Below the pieces are notes generated by a model. That model was not told the origin of the DNA. It did no database searches and saw only the letters and a program-made list of their open reading frames with translations. From Burkholderiales bacterium (GTDB lineage Bacteria; Pseudomonadota; Gammaproteobacteria; Burkholderiales; JACQAP01): a stretch of DNA of 64,000 bases. Position numbers and translations under genes: made by a program. This document shows positions 54,191 through 63,566 of the stretch, piece after piece; positions within the stretch are counted from its first letter, which is position 1; the number at the start of each line of letters is the position of its first letter. The stretch is from assembly GCA_045810225.1 (NCBI GenBank), contig JBJMWI010000138.1:23-64022 (forward strand), written 5' to 3'.

Positions 54191-54610
54191 ATGATCGAAC
54201 AGAAAACGCTTGAGTTTCGCACCAAAGGCCGTGGCACGACCGAGATCACCGCGGAGATTGCGCAGGCCGTCGCAAGCGGCAGCATCGGCACAGGCGTCTG
54301 CACGCTTTTCCTCCAGCATACGAGCGCGTCGCTGATCCTCTGCGAGAATGCCGATGCGGACGTACGCCGTGATTTAGAGACTGTTTTCGCGCGTTTGGCG
54401 CCAGACGGTGATGCGGCTTATGTGCATGACACTGAAGGTCCGGACGACATGGCGGCACATGTCCGCTCTGTGCTGACCTCGAACAGCTTGACCATTCCTG
54501 TGGCGCAGAAGCGTCTGCTGCTGGGGACCTGGCAGGGAATCTACCTTTGGGAACACCGCACCGCGCCCCATACACGAAGCCTGGTCTTGACCATAAGCGG
54601 CGAGGCCTGA
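54191..54610 (+). CDS. yjbQ: YjbQ/UPF0047 family (secondary thiamine-phosphate synthase) protein
   Basis: 139 aa with the family motif CTLFLQHTSASLILCENADADVRRDL and the segment GTWQGIYLWEHR. Confidence 0.85.
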   Translation: MIEQKTLEFRTKGRGTTEITAEIAQAVASGSIGTGVCTLFLQHTSASLILCENADADVRRDLETVFARLAPDGDAAYVHDTEGPDDMAAHVRSVLTSNSLTIPVAQKRLLLGTWQGIYLWEHRTAPHTRSLVLTISGEA

Positions 54611-54780
54611 AAGCCCCGCTCTAGTGGCACACGCGGCCGGCCGCTAGGTCGCATCCTTGCAACTGCGCGCACAAACGAGCAGCATAGTTTGCGCCGAGGA
54701 CGCGGGCGCAAAGGAGTTCTGCTTGTCCTCGTGTGGGCGTCAGGGCCAACAAATCAATAAAGCTTTAGGAGGAGGCGAAA

Positions 54781-56022
54781 ATGAAGCTGCAGAAAATTAT
54801 AATTGCTGCCGTTGCCACGGCGACAGTATTCGGGGCCGCTAAGTCGTTCGCCGCGGATAGCATCAAGGTCGCTGTCATCGATCCGCTTTCCGGACCTTTC
54901 GCCAATGTTGGCGAGGCAATGGTGCGCTACACCCAGCTGGCCGCCGATGCCATCAATGCGCGCGGTGGCACTGCCAAATTTGAAATCATTGCGCTCGACA
55001 GCAAGAGCAGTCCACAGGAAGCGCAACTGGCGCTGAAGTCCGCGATCGATCAGGGTGTGCGCTACATCAACCAGAGCAATGGTTCCAATGTGGCTGCAGC
55101 GCTGATCGATGCCGTCAACAAGCACAACGAACGCAATCCCGACAAAACGGTGATGTACCTCAATACCGGGGCCGTCGACCCGGCGCTGACCAACGACAAA
55201 TGCAGCTTCTGGCATTTTCGTTTTGATGCCGACGCGGAAATGAAAATGGCGGCGCTGACCGACGCAATTGCGTCGAACCCGCGATCAAAAAAAGTTTATC
55301 TGCTCAACCAGGACTATGCATTCGGCCAGGCGGTTGCAAGGGCGGCCCGGGAGATGCTGCCGAAAAAACGCGCGGACATTGAAATCGTCGGTGATGAGCT
55401 ACACCCGCTGGGGAAAATCAAAGATTTCTCACCGTATGTCGCAAAAATAAAGGCAACCGGAGCCGACACCATCATTACCGGCAATTGGGGTAACGACATG
55501 TCACTTCTGGTGAAAGCAAGCCGCGAAGCCGGGTTCTCTCCCGATTTCTATACGTACTACGCCGGCGGGTTAGGCTCGCCGCCCGCGCTCGGCGATGCCG
55601 GCATCGGACATTTGAAGCAAGTCACGCAGTGGCACGCGAATATCGGCAACGAAAAAGTGGAAAAGCACTATCGCGCCTATCGCGACAGATACAAGGACGT
55701 AAAAGACGATTATTACTGGACCACGCAATACCTGGCGCTTGAAATGCTTGCCAGGGCGATCGAGCAGTCCAAGTCGGCCGATCCAGTAAAAGTTGGCAAG
55801 GCGCTGGAAGGCATGAAGTTCGACGGCGATACCGGTGAAGTCATGATGCGTGCCGACAACCACCAGCTTATCCAGCCGCTTTATGTTTCAACTTACGTCA
55901 AGGTGGACGGCAAGGAAGTCAGGAATGATGTGGAGCGCACCGGCAATGGATTCAAGACCGACCGCCGGATCGAAGCCAAAGATACGGTAATGCAGACCAC
56001 CTGCAAAATGGACCGGCCTTGA
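54781..56022 (+). CDS. ABC transporter substrate-binding protein (LivK/branched-chain amino acid type)
   Basis: 413 aa. It has the signal peptide MKLQKIIIAAVATATVFGAAKSFA and the type-I PBP layout IKVAVIDPLSGPFANVG. A strong SD (AGGAGGAGG) lies upstream. Confidence 0.85.
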   Translation: MKLQKIIIAAVATATVFGAAKSFAADSIKVAVIDPLSGPFANVGEAMVRYTQLAADAINARGGTAKFEIIALDSKSSPQEAQLALKSAIDQGVRYINQSNGSNVAAALIDAVNKHNERNPDKTVMYLNTGAVDPALTNDKCSFWHFRFDADAEMKMAALTDAIASNPRSKKVYLLNQDYAFGQAVARAAREMLPKKRADIEIVGDELHPLGKIKDFSPYVAKIKATGADTIITGNWGNDMSLLVKASREAGFSPDFYTYYAGGLGSPPALGDAGIGHLKQVTQWHANIGNEKVEKHYRAYRDRYKDVKDDYYWTTQYLALEMLARAIEQSKSADPVKVGKALEGMKFDGDTGEVMMRADNHQLIQPLYVSTYVKVDGKEVRNDVERTGNGFKTDRRIEAKDTVMQTTCKMDRP

Positions 56023-56093
56023 GGTTCTGCCGAAGCAAGCGCATGCGGGTACGCATGCGCTTTTTGTCGACCGCGCGGGTGGAGAGCTGAGTA

Positions 56094-57434
56094 ATGCCTG
56101 ACCAAGCCAGACGCTCGCTCCCCCTGCGACTGCCGGACAAATTGGTGAGACTGTCCGGGCGAGACCTGTTAGTAACGTTTCTTCCAGTGCTGCTGGTGGC
56201 CGTGCTGGCGGCATGGCTTGCCGTGAAATTTATTCGGCCGGCGCCACCCAAAACACTGGTCATGCTGGCCGGCCCCAAGGAGAGCAGCTACTACACGACT
56301 GCAGATCGTTACGCGAAAATCATTGCGCGGAGCGGTGTGAAAGTGGAAGTGGTTGAGACCGATGGTGCGAAAGACAACCTTCGGCGCCTGACTGATCCCA
56401 AAGCGCACGCCGATGTGGGGTTCGTACTCGGCGGGCTGACCGACGGCGTCGATATCGCCGGACTGACATCGCTCGGCACTATGTTCGTTCAGCCGGTACT
56501 GGTGATCTACCGGGGCAGGAAACCGGTTGAATTGTTGACCGACCTCTCGGGTGCGCGCATCGCAATCGGGCCGGAAGGCAGTGGTACTCATGCCGTGGCC
56601 ATGAAATTCTTGACGGCCAACGGCATGGACAAAGGTCCTACTCGCCTGGTGGATCTGGATGGCGATGATGCAGTCGAAGCGCTCAAGAAGGGCAAGATCG
56701 ACGCTGCTTTCCTGATGGGAGAACTGGTCCGCGGCCAAGTCACCCGCGATCTGCTCAAGCTGCCCGGCATGAGGCTGATGAATTTCAGGCAGGCAGACGG
56801 TTACGTGCGGCGCCTAAAATTCCTGTCGCGGCTTATTTTGCCGGAAGGCGCTTTCGATCTGGGCTTGAATTTGCCGCCACGCGACGTAGAACTGGTCGGT
56901 CCGGCGGTCGAACTGATTGCGCACGATGACCTGCATCCCGCGTTGTCGGATCTGCTGATCTCGGCCGCGCAGGAAATCCATCGTCCCGCTGGCATGTACC
57001 GAAAGGCCGGCGAGTTCCCGGCGCCGTTGGAGCGCGATTTTCCAATCAGCCCGGATGCGCAACGTTTCTACCGGTCCGGAACGCCTTTTCTCTATAAGCA
57101 GTTGCCGTTCTGGCTCGCCAGCCTGCTGGATCGATTCCTTGTCGTGCTGGTGCCGCTGGTGGTCATATTGATTCCCGCATTCCGCCTGGTGCCAACGATC
57201 TACCGCTGGCGCATGCGCTCGCGCATCTACAAATGGTATGGCGGCTTGATGGCGATAGAGCGTGATATGTTCACCGATCCTACCCCCGAGAGCAAAGAAA
57301 ACATTCGCAAGCGGCTGAACAGCATTCAGTCTTCGGTCAACAATTTGCATCCGCCGCTCGCGTTTGCGGATCAACTCTACGTTCTGCGCGAACACATCAG
57401 TTGGGTGGAGGATCGGCTGGTGGGCAAATCTTGA
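56094..57434 (+). CDS. Membrane-anchored TAXI-like binding protein, paralog 2
   Basis: 446 aa, colinear with 25628-26938. It has an N-terminal TM helix and the blocks LVMLAGPKESSYY, IAIGPEGSGTHAVAMKFL, AGEFPAPLERDFPIS and RIYKWYGGL. A second TM helix is LVVLVPLVVILIP. Confidence 0.7.
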   Translation: MPDQARRSLPLRLPDKLVRLSGRDLLVTFLPVLLVAVLAAWLAVKFIRPAPPKTLVMLAGPKESSYYTTADRYAKIIARSGVKVEVVETDGAKDNLRRLTDPKAHADVGFVLGGLTDGVDIAGLTSLGTMFVQPVLVIYRGRKPVELLTDLSGARIAIGPEGSGTHAVAMKFLTANGMDKGPTRLVDLDGDDAVEALKKGKIDAAFLMGELVRGQVTRDLLKLPGMRLMNFRQADGYVRRLKFLSRLILPEGAFDLGLNLPPRDVELVGPAVELIAHDDLHPALSDLLISAAQEIHRPAGMYRKAGEFPAPLERDFPISPDAQRFYRSGTPFLYKQLPFWLASLLDRFLVVLVPLVVILIPAFRLVPTIYRWRMRSRIYKWYGGLMAIERDMFTDPTPESKENIRKRLNSIQSSVNNLHPPLAFADQLYVLREHISWVEDRLVGKS

Positions 57435-57539
57435 AACATCAGTCAGTTCCAGACCAGGCGATAAACGCGAGCGCTCCGCACGCAAACGCCTGGGTTAATA
57501 TGCGCGTGCCACTTTCAGGCCTTTAATGTCGGACCTTGC

Positions 57540-58613
57540 ATGCTGATCTTCAGGCAATTATTCGACCAGCAGTCTTGCACCTACACTTACCTGCTTGGGG
57601 ACAGCGTTAGCTGCCAGGCGGTCTTGATCGACCCGGTGTTCGAGCAGGCGCGACGCGACGCGGCGCTGCTGAACGAACTTGGATTACGGCTGTGCGTAAC
57701 TGTGGAAACCCATGTCCACGCGGACCACGTTACCGGCGCGTGGCTGCTAAAGCAGCAATTCGACAGCCAGATTGCATTGGCGCAGGTAACCGGTGCAGTG
57801 GGAGCAGATCGCTACCTCACGCATGGCGACGAAATGGAATTCGGCAAAAGATCGCTCCAGGTACGCGCCACTCCAGGCCATACCAATGGGTGCCTGACCT
57901 ATGTGCTCGATGACGAAAGCATGGCCTTCACCGGCGATTGCTTGCTGGTTCGCGGCAGCGGGCGCACTGATTTCCAGCATGGTGACCCGCACATGCTGTA
58001 CCGCTCGGTGCACTCGCAGATCCTCACACTGCCGCAAAATTGCCTGCTCTATCCTGCACACGACTATCGCGGTCTGTCAGTGACCAGCGTCGCGGAAGAG
58101 CAGCGGTTCAATCCGCGTCTGGGCGGCCAAATCGCTGAAGCTGACTTCGTTGGTTACATGGAGAACATGCGCTTGCCGCATCCAAAGCAGATTGATGTCG
58201 CCATACCGGCCAATTTATTATGTGGCAAGCCTGACGACGACACCGTGTCGCTCACTGCGCCGACTTGGGCCGCATTGACGTACACATTCGCCGGTATCTG
58301 GGAAATCCAGCCGCATGCGCTCGAGGAAAGCGCAGAGGCCGTGCAAATCATCGACGTACGAGAGCCGGCCGAGTACAACGGCCCGCTGGGACATATTGCC
58401 GGCGCAAAACTTATTCCGCTGGGCGATCTGACCCGCCGACTAGGAGAACTGGATGCCGGTCGCCCGATCGTCGCCGTATGCCGTTCCGGCGCGCGCTCCG
58501 CGCAAGCGATCGTCCTGCTGGAACAGGCTGGCATCAAACAAGTCGCCAATCTGGCCGGCGGCATGCTGCGCTGGCGCGCCGATGGCCGCCCGGTGCAAGG
58601 CGGTATAAGGTGA
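57540..58613 (+). CDS. Persulfide dioxygenase (ETHE1-like MBL fold) fused to a rhodanese domain
   Basis: 357 aa. It has the MBL motif ETHVHADHVTG and an ETHE1-like N-terminus (IFRQLFDQQSCTYTYLLGD). The C-terminal rhodanese domain has the active-site loop CRSGARS. Confidence 0.85.
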   Translation: MLIFRQLFDQQSCTYTYLLGDSVSCQAVLIDPVFEQARRDAALLNELGLRLCVTVETHVHADHVTGAWLLKQQFDSQIALAQVTGAVGADRYLTHGDEMEFGKRSLQVRATPGHTNGCLTYVLDDESMAFTGDCLLVRGSGRTDFQHGDPHMLYRSVHSQILTLPQNCLLYPAHDYRGLSVTSVAEEQRFNPRLGGQIAEADFVGYMENMRLPHPKQIDVAIPANLLCGKPDDDTVSLTAPTWAALTYTFAGIWEIQPHALEESAEAVQIIDVREPAEYNGPLGHIAGAKLIPLGDLTRRLGELDAGRPIVAVCRSGARSAQAIVLLEQAGIKQVANLAGGMLRWRADGRPVQGGIR

Positions 58614-58670
58614 AGAGCGTAAACAGATAATGGCTCGGTAATTGCCATACGCAGCAACTGGAATGTCATT

Positions 58671-58721
58671 GTCGTAACGTAATGCTCCCGGCTTTTTAAC
58701 CCGTTACGCCTGCAACGTTAC
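58671..58721. repeat. Degenerate short copy of the CGTNAC inverted array
   Basis: GTAAC at 58674 and GTAAT at 58679 face GTTAC at 58703 and 58717. The copy lies between convergent genes and overlaps the ABC gene stop at 58718-58720. Confidence 0.3.
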
Positions 58722-61240
58722 ATCCACAACACCCGCCGCCGCAGTTCGATATCTTCGCGTAACGCTGCTGCTGGCCCTTCGTGCACGACGCTGCCACGCT
58801 CCAGCACATAAGCCCGATCCGCAAGGGCAAGCACCAGATCAAGATTGTGCTCGACAATGATCATCGCAATCTCGCCGCGCAGCCGGTCGAACACTTCGAA
58901 CAGCTCTTCGACGACCGCGGGCGCAAGACCCTCAAACGGCTCATCGAGCAGCAGCACGCGCACATGGCCGGACAGCGCGCGCGCCACGGCGACCATTTGC
59001 TGTTCCCCGCCGGACAGAAAGTCGGCTGGCGTGTCGAGACGATTTTTCAGGCGCGGAAAAAATTCCATAATTTTTGCATCGGTCCACACGGCGCCTGTAC
59101 CGGTGCCGCGCTTGAGCCGCCCCAATTCCAGGTTGGCCCGCACGCTCATGCCAGCGAACAGGCCGCGTCCTTGCGGCACATAACCGATTCCGGCGCGGGC
59201 ATTTTGCGCAGCCGGCGATGCGCTGAGACTTGCGTCGCCAAGCGAAATGCTGCCACCGCCGCTACGCGCGATACCGATGATCGTTTTGAGCAACGTCGAC
59301 TTGCCGGCACCGTTCCGACCCAGCAGCGCAATAATTTCGCCTTCGCGCACTTCGAGCGAAGCGTCGCGCACGATATGGCTTTTTCCGTAGAAGGTATCGA
59401 CATGCCGCAGTGAAAGCAGTACCGCGCTGGTGATCGTGGCATGGGTACGCGGGCGCGCCGCCAGCACAGAGACTCCCGAGCCGATATAAACCTGCTGCAC
59501 GGCCTCGCTTCGCCTTACTTGCTCAGCGTCGCCCTCGATCAGCACCTGCCCCTCGTTCATGACCGTGATCCGGTCTGCCAGCGCCAGCACTCGATCGATA
59601 TCGTGCTCGACCAGCAGGACTGGAATTTCCCGCGAGATGCGCTTGATCAGCAGCCCGACGCGCTCGCGCTCCGCCGCGGCCAGTCCGGCAAGCGGTTCGT
59701 CGAGCAGCACAAGCTGCGGACGCGCTGCCAGTGCAAGTCCCATGTCGAGCAGTCGCTGGCCTCCGTACGACAACAGGCCCGCCTCCGCCCGCTCGATGCC
59801 GGACAAACCGAGGAAACGGATCAGCTCGCGCGTCGTCTGATTGACCGATGTAATCGACGCGATGTCAGACCAGCCGTCGAAGCGGCTGTCATCACGGGCC
59901 TGCACGGCAAGGCGCAGGTTTTCTTCAATACTGAGCGCCGGAAACAGGTTGGTAATCTGAAACGATCGCGCCAGCCCTGCGGCCACATTGCGATGCGGCG
60001 CCTGTCCGGTGATGTCGCGACCGCACAAACGCACCGAACCGCGATCGGGAAGGTACAGCCCCGAAACCAGATTGAACAGCGTGGTCTTGCCGGCGCCGTT
60101 CGGACCGATCAACGCATGCAGCGTGCGATCCTTCACCGCGAGACCGACGTCCTGCACGGCGTGGATGCCGCCGAACGCTTTCGCCATTCCGTCGACTGCG
60201 AGCACGGCGCCGACGCGCGGCGTGGCAGACGTCAGAAACTGCGGTATGGGCGCATCGGCTTCGATGTTGCGCGTCGCCATCGCCGCCGCTTCGATGGCAT
60301 GAGCGCGCATCGGCGCAGTCAGCTTGCGCCATACGCCGACCAGCCCGGTCGGGGAAAAGATGACGAAGCCGACGAACAACAAGCCGAAGAACAGCAGCCA
60401 ATTCGGCGTCCAGATCGACAGATATTCGCGGAACAGTACGTAAAACAGCGCACCGAGCGCCGGGCCCAAAAGACTGCGCATGCCACCGATGATCACCATC
60501 GCCAGCAGTTCTCCGGAGAACGCCACGGCCATGGGATCCGCGGAGGCAAACCGGTGATGGAAAGCGAACAGCACGCCCGCGATACCGGTCAGCGCGGCCG
60601 ACACAATGTATGCGATGAGCTTGTAGCGCGTGGTGGCATAGCCCACGAACTGCGCACGTTGTTCGTTCTCGCGGATGCCGAGCAGCACGCTGCCGATCGG
60701 CGAGCGGTGGAATCGACCAAGCAGGTGCACCACCGCTAGTCCGATGATGGCCACCAGCCCGTAGTAAATCCAGCGGTCTTCGAGATTCAGGCCGAACCAG
60801 GTCGCCCGCGTCACGCCGCCCAGTCCGTTCTCGCCGCCGGTAAACGCGGTCCAGCGGAATGCAATCGCATACGTCAACGCGGAGAAGGCCAAGGTCAGCA
60901 AAGAAAAATAAACACCGCGCCGGCGCAACACCAGAAAGCCCACCACAGCAGCAGCGGCCAGCAGAAACACCAGCGCGAACAGCGACGGCCATAACACGGA
61001 TGCCGTGAACCAGTATTTCTGCGATAGCGCCGCGGCATACGCGCCCAGGCCGAACCAGGCACCGTGACCGAATGAGACCAGGCCGGTGTGGCCCACCAGC
61101 ACATTGAGCGCCATGCAGGCAATAGCAAAAATCACGACGTCGGTTGCGCTGGTGAGCGTGAGTCCGCCGGCAAGCAGCGCAAAAGGCAGCACCGCAACGA
61201 TCAGCGCGGAGACCACCAGCGGCGAGCGCAATAACTTCAT
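58718..61240 (-). CDS. Fused LivM-like permease / LivG-like ATPase / LivF-like ATPase (single reading frame, 840 aa)
   Basis: The 975-aa ORF is trimmed to MKLLRSPLVV; its ATG overlaps the livH stop (ATGA at 61237-61240). The permease spans about aa 1-343. ABC domain 1 has GPNGAGKTTL, LSYGGQ and LLDEP. After the linker SGVSVLAARPRTHATITS, ABC domain 2 has GRNGAGKSTL, LSGGEQQ and LLDEP. There is no stop codon between the parts. Confidence 0.8.
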   Translation of the reverse strand: MKLLRSPLVVSALIVAVLPFALLAGGLTLTSATDVVIFAIACMALNVLVGHTGLVSFGHGAWFGLGAYAAALSQKYWFTASVLWPSLFALVFLLAAAAVVGFLVLRRRGVYFSLLTLAFSALTYAIAFRWTAFTGGENGLGGVTRATWFGLNLEDRWIYYGLVAIIGLAVVHLLGRFHRSPIGSVLLGIRENEQRAQFVGYATTRYKLIAYIVSAALTGIAGVLFAFHHRFASADPMAVAFSGELLAMVIIGGMRSLLGPALGALFYVLFREYLSIWTPNWLLFFGLLFVGFVIFSPTGLVGVWRKLTAPMRAHAIEAAAMATRNIEADAPIPQFLTSATPRVGAVLAVDGMAKAFGGIHAVQDVGLAVKDRTLHALIGPNGAGKTTLFNLVSGLYLPDRGSVRLCGRDITGQAPHRNVAAGLARSFQITNLFPALSIEENLRLAVQARDDSRFDGWSDIASITSVNQTTRELIRFLGLSGIERAEAGLLSYGGQRLLDMGLALAARPQLVLLDEPLAGLAAAERERVGLLIKRISREIPVLLVEHDIDRVLALADRITVMNEGQVLIEGDAEQVRRSEAVQQVYIGSGVSVLAARPRTHATITSAVLLSLRHVDTFYGKSHIVRDASLEVREGEIIALLGRNGAGKSTLLKTIIGIARSGGGSISLGDASLSASPAAQNARAGIGYVPQGRGLFAGMSVRANLELGRLKRGTGTGAVWTDAKIMEFFPRLKNRLDTPADFLSGGEQQMVAVARALSGHVRVLLLDEPFEGLAPAVVEELFEVFDRLRGEIAMIIVEHNLDLVLALADRAYVLERGSVVHEGPAAALREDIELRRRVLWM

Positions 61241-62112
61241 TCGAAGCGCACGATGCGTTCGCCGAATAGTCCGCGCGGCCGGAACAGCAGCACCAGCAGC
61301 ATCAGCAGGTACATGGAAGATTCCGCAGCCGGCGGAAAGAAATACGCCGTCAGTCCGCGCACCACGCTGACAATCAGCGCGGCATAAACAACGCCCCAGA
61401 ACGAACCCAAGCCACCAATGACCACGACGACAAACGAAGCCGTGAGGATTTCCGCTCCCATGGCCGGATGTACTCCGGTGATCGGCGCGAGCAGCACACC
61501 GGCCAGCGCCGCCAATGCCACGCTGATCGCCACGACGCCCGACATGTAGGGCGCGAGCGAAATGCCGAGTGCGGCCACCATATCCGGATTTTGTACGCCG
61601 GCCCGCACCACGCGGCCGAACGGCGTGCGCTGCAGCAGATACCATAGCGCCGCAACAGCCGCGACCGCAGCGCCGAGCATCGCGAGCCGATATCGCGAGT
61701 AAATAAAATCACCGGCAAGAACCTGGCCTTTCAGCGCATCCGGAATGGAAAACGGCAGCGGCGCGGCCCCGAACACCAGGCGCAATGTCTGTTCGGCCAC
61801 CATCGCGAGTCCGAACGTCAGCAGCAGGCCAAGCGCCGGATCTTCTCGGTAGAAACGGCGGAACAGGAAGCGCTCCACCAGCAATCCAAGCACAGCCACC
61901 AGGACCGGCGACACCAAGAATGCACCGGCGAATCCGATGTGATCCGCGAGCTTGACGGCAAAATAAGCACCCAGCGCATAAAAGGCGCCATGCGCGAGGT
62001 TGACCAAGCCCCCCAGAGAAAAGATGAGCGATAGCCCGAGCGCAATCAGCAAATAGTACGCACCGGCAAGCAACCCGTTCAGGATCTGCTCGAAAATCGG
62101 AATCAGCATCAT
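61237..62112 (-). CDS. livH: Branched-chain amino acid ABC transporter permease (LivH type)
   Basis: 291 aa. The N-terminus IFEQILNGLLAGAYYLLIALGLSLIFSLGGLVNLAHGAFYALGAY is typical of LivH. Confidence 0.9.
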   Translation of the reverse strand: MMLIPIFEQILNGLLAGAYYLLIALGLSLIFSLGGLVNLAHGAFYALGAYFAVKLADHIGFAGAFLVSPVLVAVLGLLVERFLFRRFYREDPALGLLLTFGLAMVAEQTLRLVFGAAPLPFSIPDALKGQVLAGDFIYSRYRLAMLGAAVAAVAALWYLLQRTPFGRVVRAGVQNPDMVAALGISLAPYMSGVVAISVALAALAGVLLAPITGVHPAMGAEILTASFVVVVIGGLGSFWGVVYAALIVSVVRGLTAYFFPPAAESSMYLLMLLVLLFRPRGLFGERIVRFE

Positions 62113-62161
62113 GCGAAGCGCTGCGCTTGGGTTGGATCAGCCGCGCGGCGCGCAGATCACA

Positions 62162-63418
62162 TCACGCCGGCATCGTGCAGTTGTTTTCCTCGCGCGTCGG
62201 TGCGATGACTTCCAGACTTTGCTTGGCCTCCGGCACTGGGGCAGACACCGTGAAAAGATCCCAGCGTTCCTTGACTTCGGCCGCCGGCTTGAAGCGGATG
62301 GTATACATCTCCTGCATCAACTGGTGGTCCCAGTTGCGGTAGTAGCCCTCGCGGGTTTTCAGCACGTCGAACTTCGCACCCTTCTCCAGGTATTCCGCAA
62401 TTTTGGTTGAATCCGTCGACTTCAATTCGTTCATGGCCTGGACCAGATGCTTGGCTGATAAATAATCTCCCCAAGCCTGGTTCTCTGGAGGACGGCCATA
62501 TTTCTTAATGAACGCCTCGGTGAATTTCTTTGCCGCAGGCGTTTTCACTTCGTGGCTCCAGACCAGCGGCCACGTGCCCAGGACATTGCCTTTGCCGGCG
62601 CCCCAGGCCAGCGCAGTGTCGAATGCAAATCCCACAACCGGATACTGCAGGCCAAATTCAATGTATTGCTTCATGAACACGGTGATCTGATTGCCGGCCA
62701 GATTGGATACCACGATGTCTGGCTTGGCGTTGCGAATCTTCAGCATGTAAGGCGAAAAATCAGTGATGTCGGTCGCCACCAGTTCATCCGCGGCGAATTG
62801 GCCGCCGTTGGCAGTCATGAAGCGTTTGGCGACTTTGAGCAAGTCGTGGCCGAACGCGTAGTCGGCCGTGAGGCTGTACCACTTCTTCCCCTGCACCATG
62901 CCTTCGCGCAGCAGCGCTTGTCCGCATGCATTGACATACATGGTGTTGGGTGCTTCGGTGTGGAACATGTAGCGGTTGCAGGATTTTCCGCGCAGGTCAT
63001 CGGAGTTGCATCCGGTGTTGAAGAACAATGTGCGGTTGCGCTGCGCAACCTGCGCAATGGCAAGGCCCGACGCCGAGCTGATCTCGCCAATAATCGCCGA
63101 TACCTTGTCGCGCTCGATCAAGCGTTCCGCTTTGGTGGAGGCAGTTTGCGGATTTACGCTGTCCTCGGCGATGAGCTCGATTTTACGACCCATGACCCCG
63201 TCTGCGGCATTGATTTCCTCCACCGCGAGATTGATGCCCATCACCGCATACTCGCCGACCGGCCCCAGGAATCCCGTGCGCGGCGTCAGATGTCCGATGC
63301 GTAGTACATCGGACTGGCCGCGTACGATTGCCGGGAAACCCAACGTACCAAGCGCCGTGGCAGCACTGACTCCCTGCAGCAGACTACGACGGCGGCGGCT
63401 GATAGGCGGCTGTTCCAT
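62162..63418 (-). CDS. ABC transporter substrate-binding protein (LivK type) with a Tat-like signal
   Basis: 418 aa. It has the twin-arginine signal ISRRRRSLLQGVSAATALGTLGFPAIVRG and a type-I PBP layout. It is the first gene of the liv-like operon. Confidence 0.85.
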   Translation of the reverse strand: MEQPPISRRRRSLLQGVSAATALGTLGFPAIVRGQSDVLRIGHLTPRTGFLGPVGEYAVMGINLAVEEINAADGVMGRKIELIAEDSVNPQTASTKAERLIERDKVSAIIGEISSASGLAIAQVAQRNRTLFFNTGCNSDDLRGKSCNRYMFHTEAPNTMYVNACGQALLREGMVQGKKWYSLTADYAFGHDLLKVAKRFMTANGGQFAADELVATDITDFSPYMLKIRNAKPDIVVSNLAGNQITVFMKQYIEFGLQYPVVGFAFDTALAWGAGKGNVLGTWPLVWSHEVKTPAAKKFTEAFIKKYGRPPENQAWGDYLSAKHLVQAMNELKSTDSTKIAEYLEKGAKFDVLKTREGYYRNWDHQLMQEMYTIRFKPAAEVKERWDLFTVSAPVPEAKQSLEVIAPTREENNCTMPA

Positions 63419-63566
63419 GGCTTCTCCTAAAGATAGATGTGCGGGACACTCTAGGCTCGACCGTGGATGAGCCGATACCTGTCAATTCGAGGGTACTTAT
63501 AATTCAAAGGCCGCTTCCGTGTCCAGCCGTAACAACCGGTCCGGGCGGCTCATGGCTCTCGAAGCA

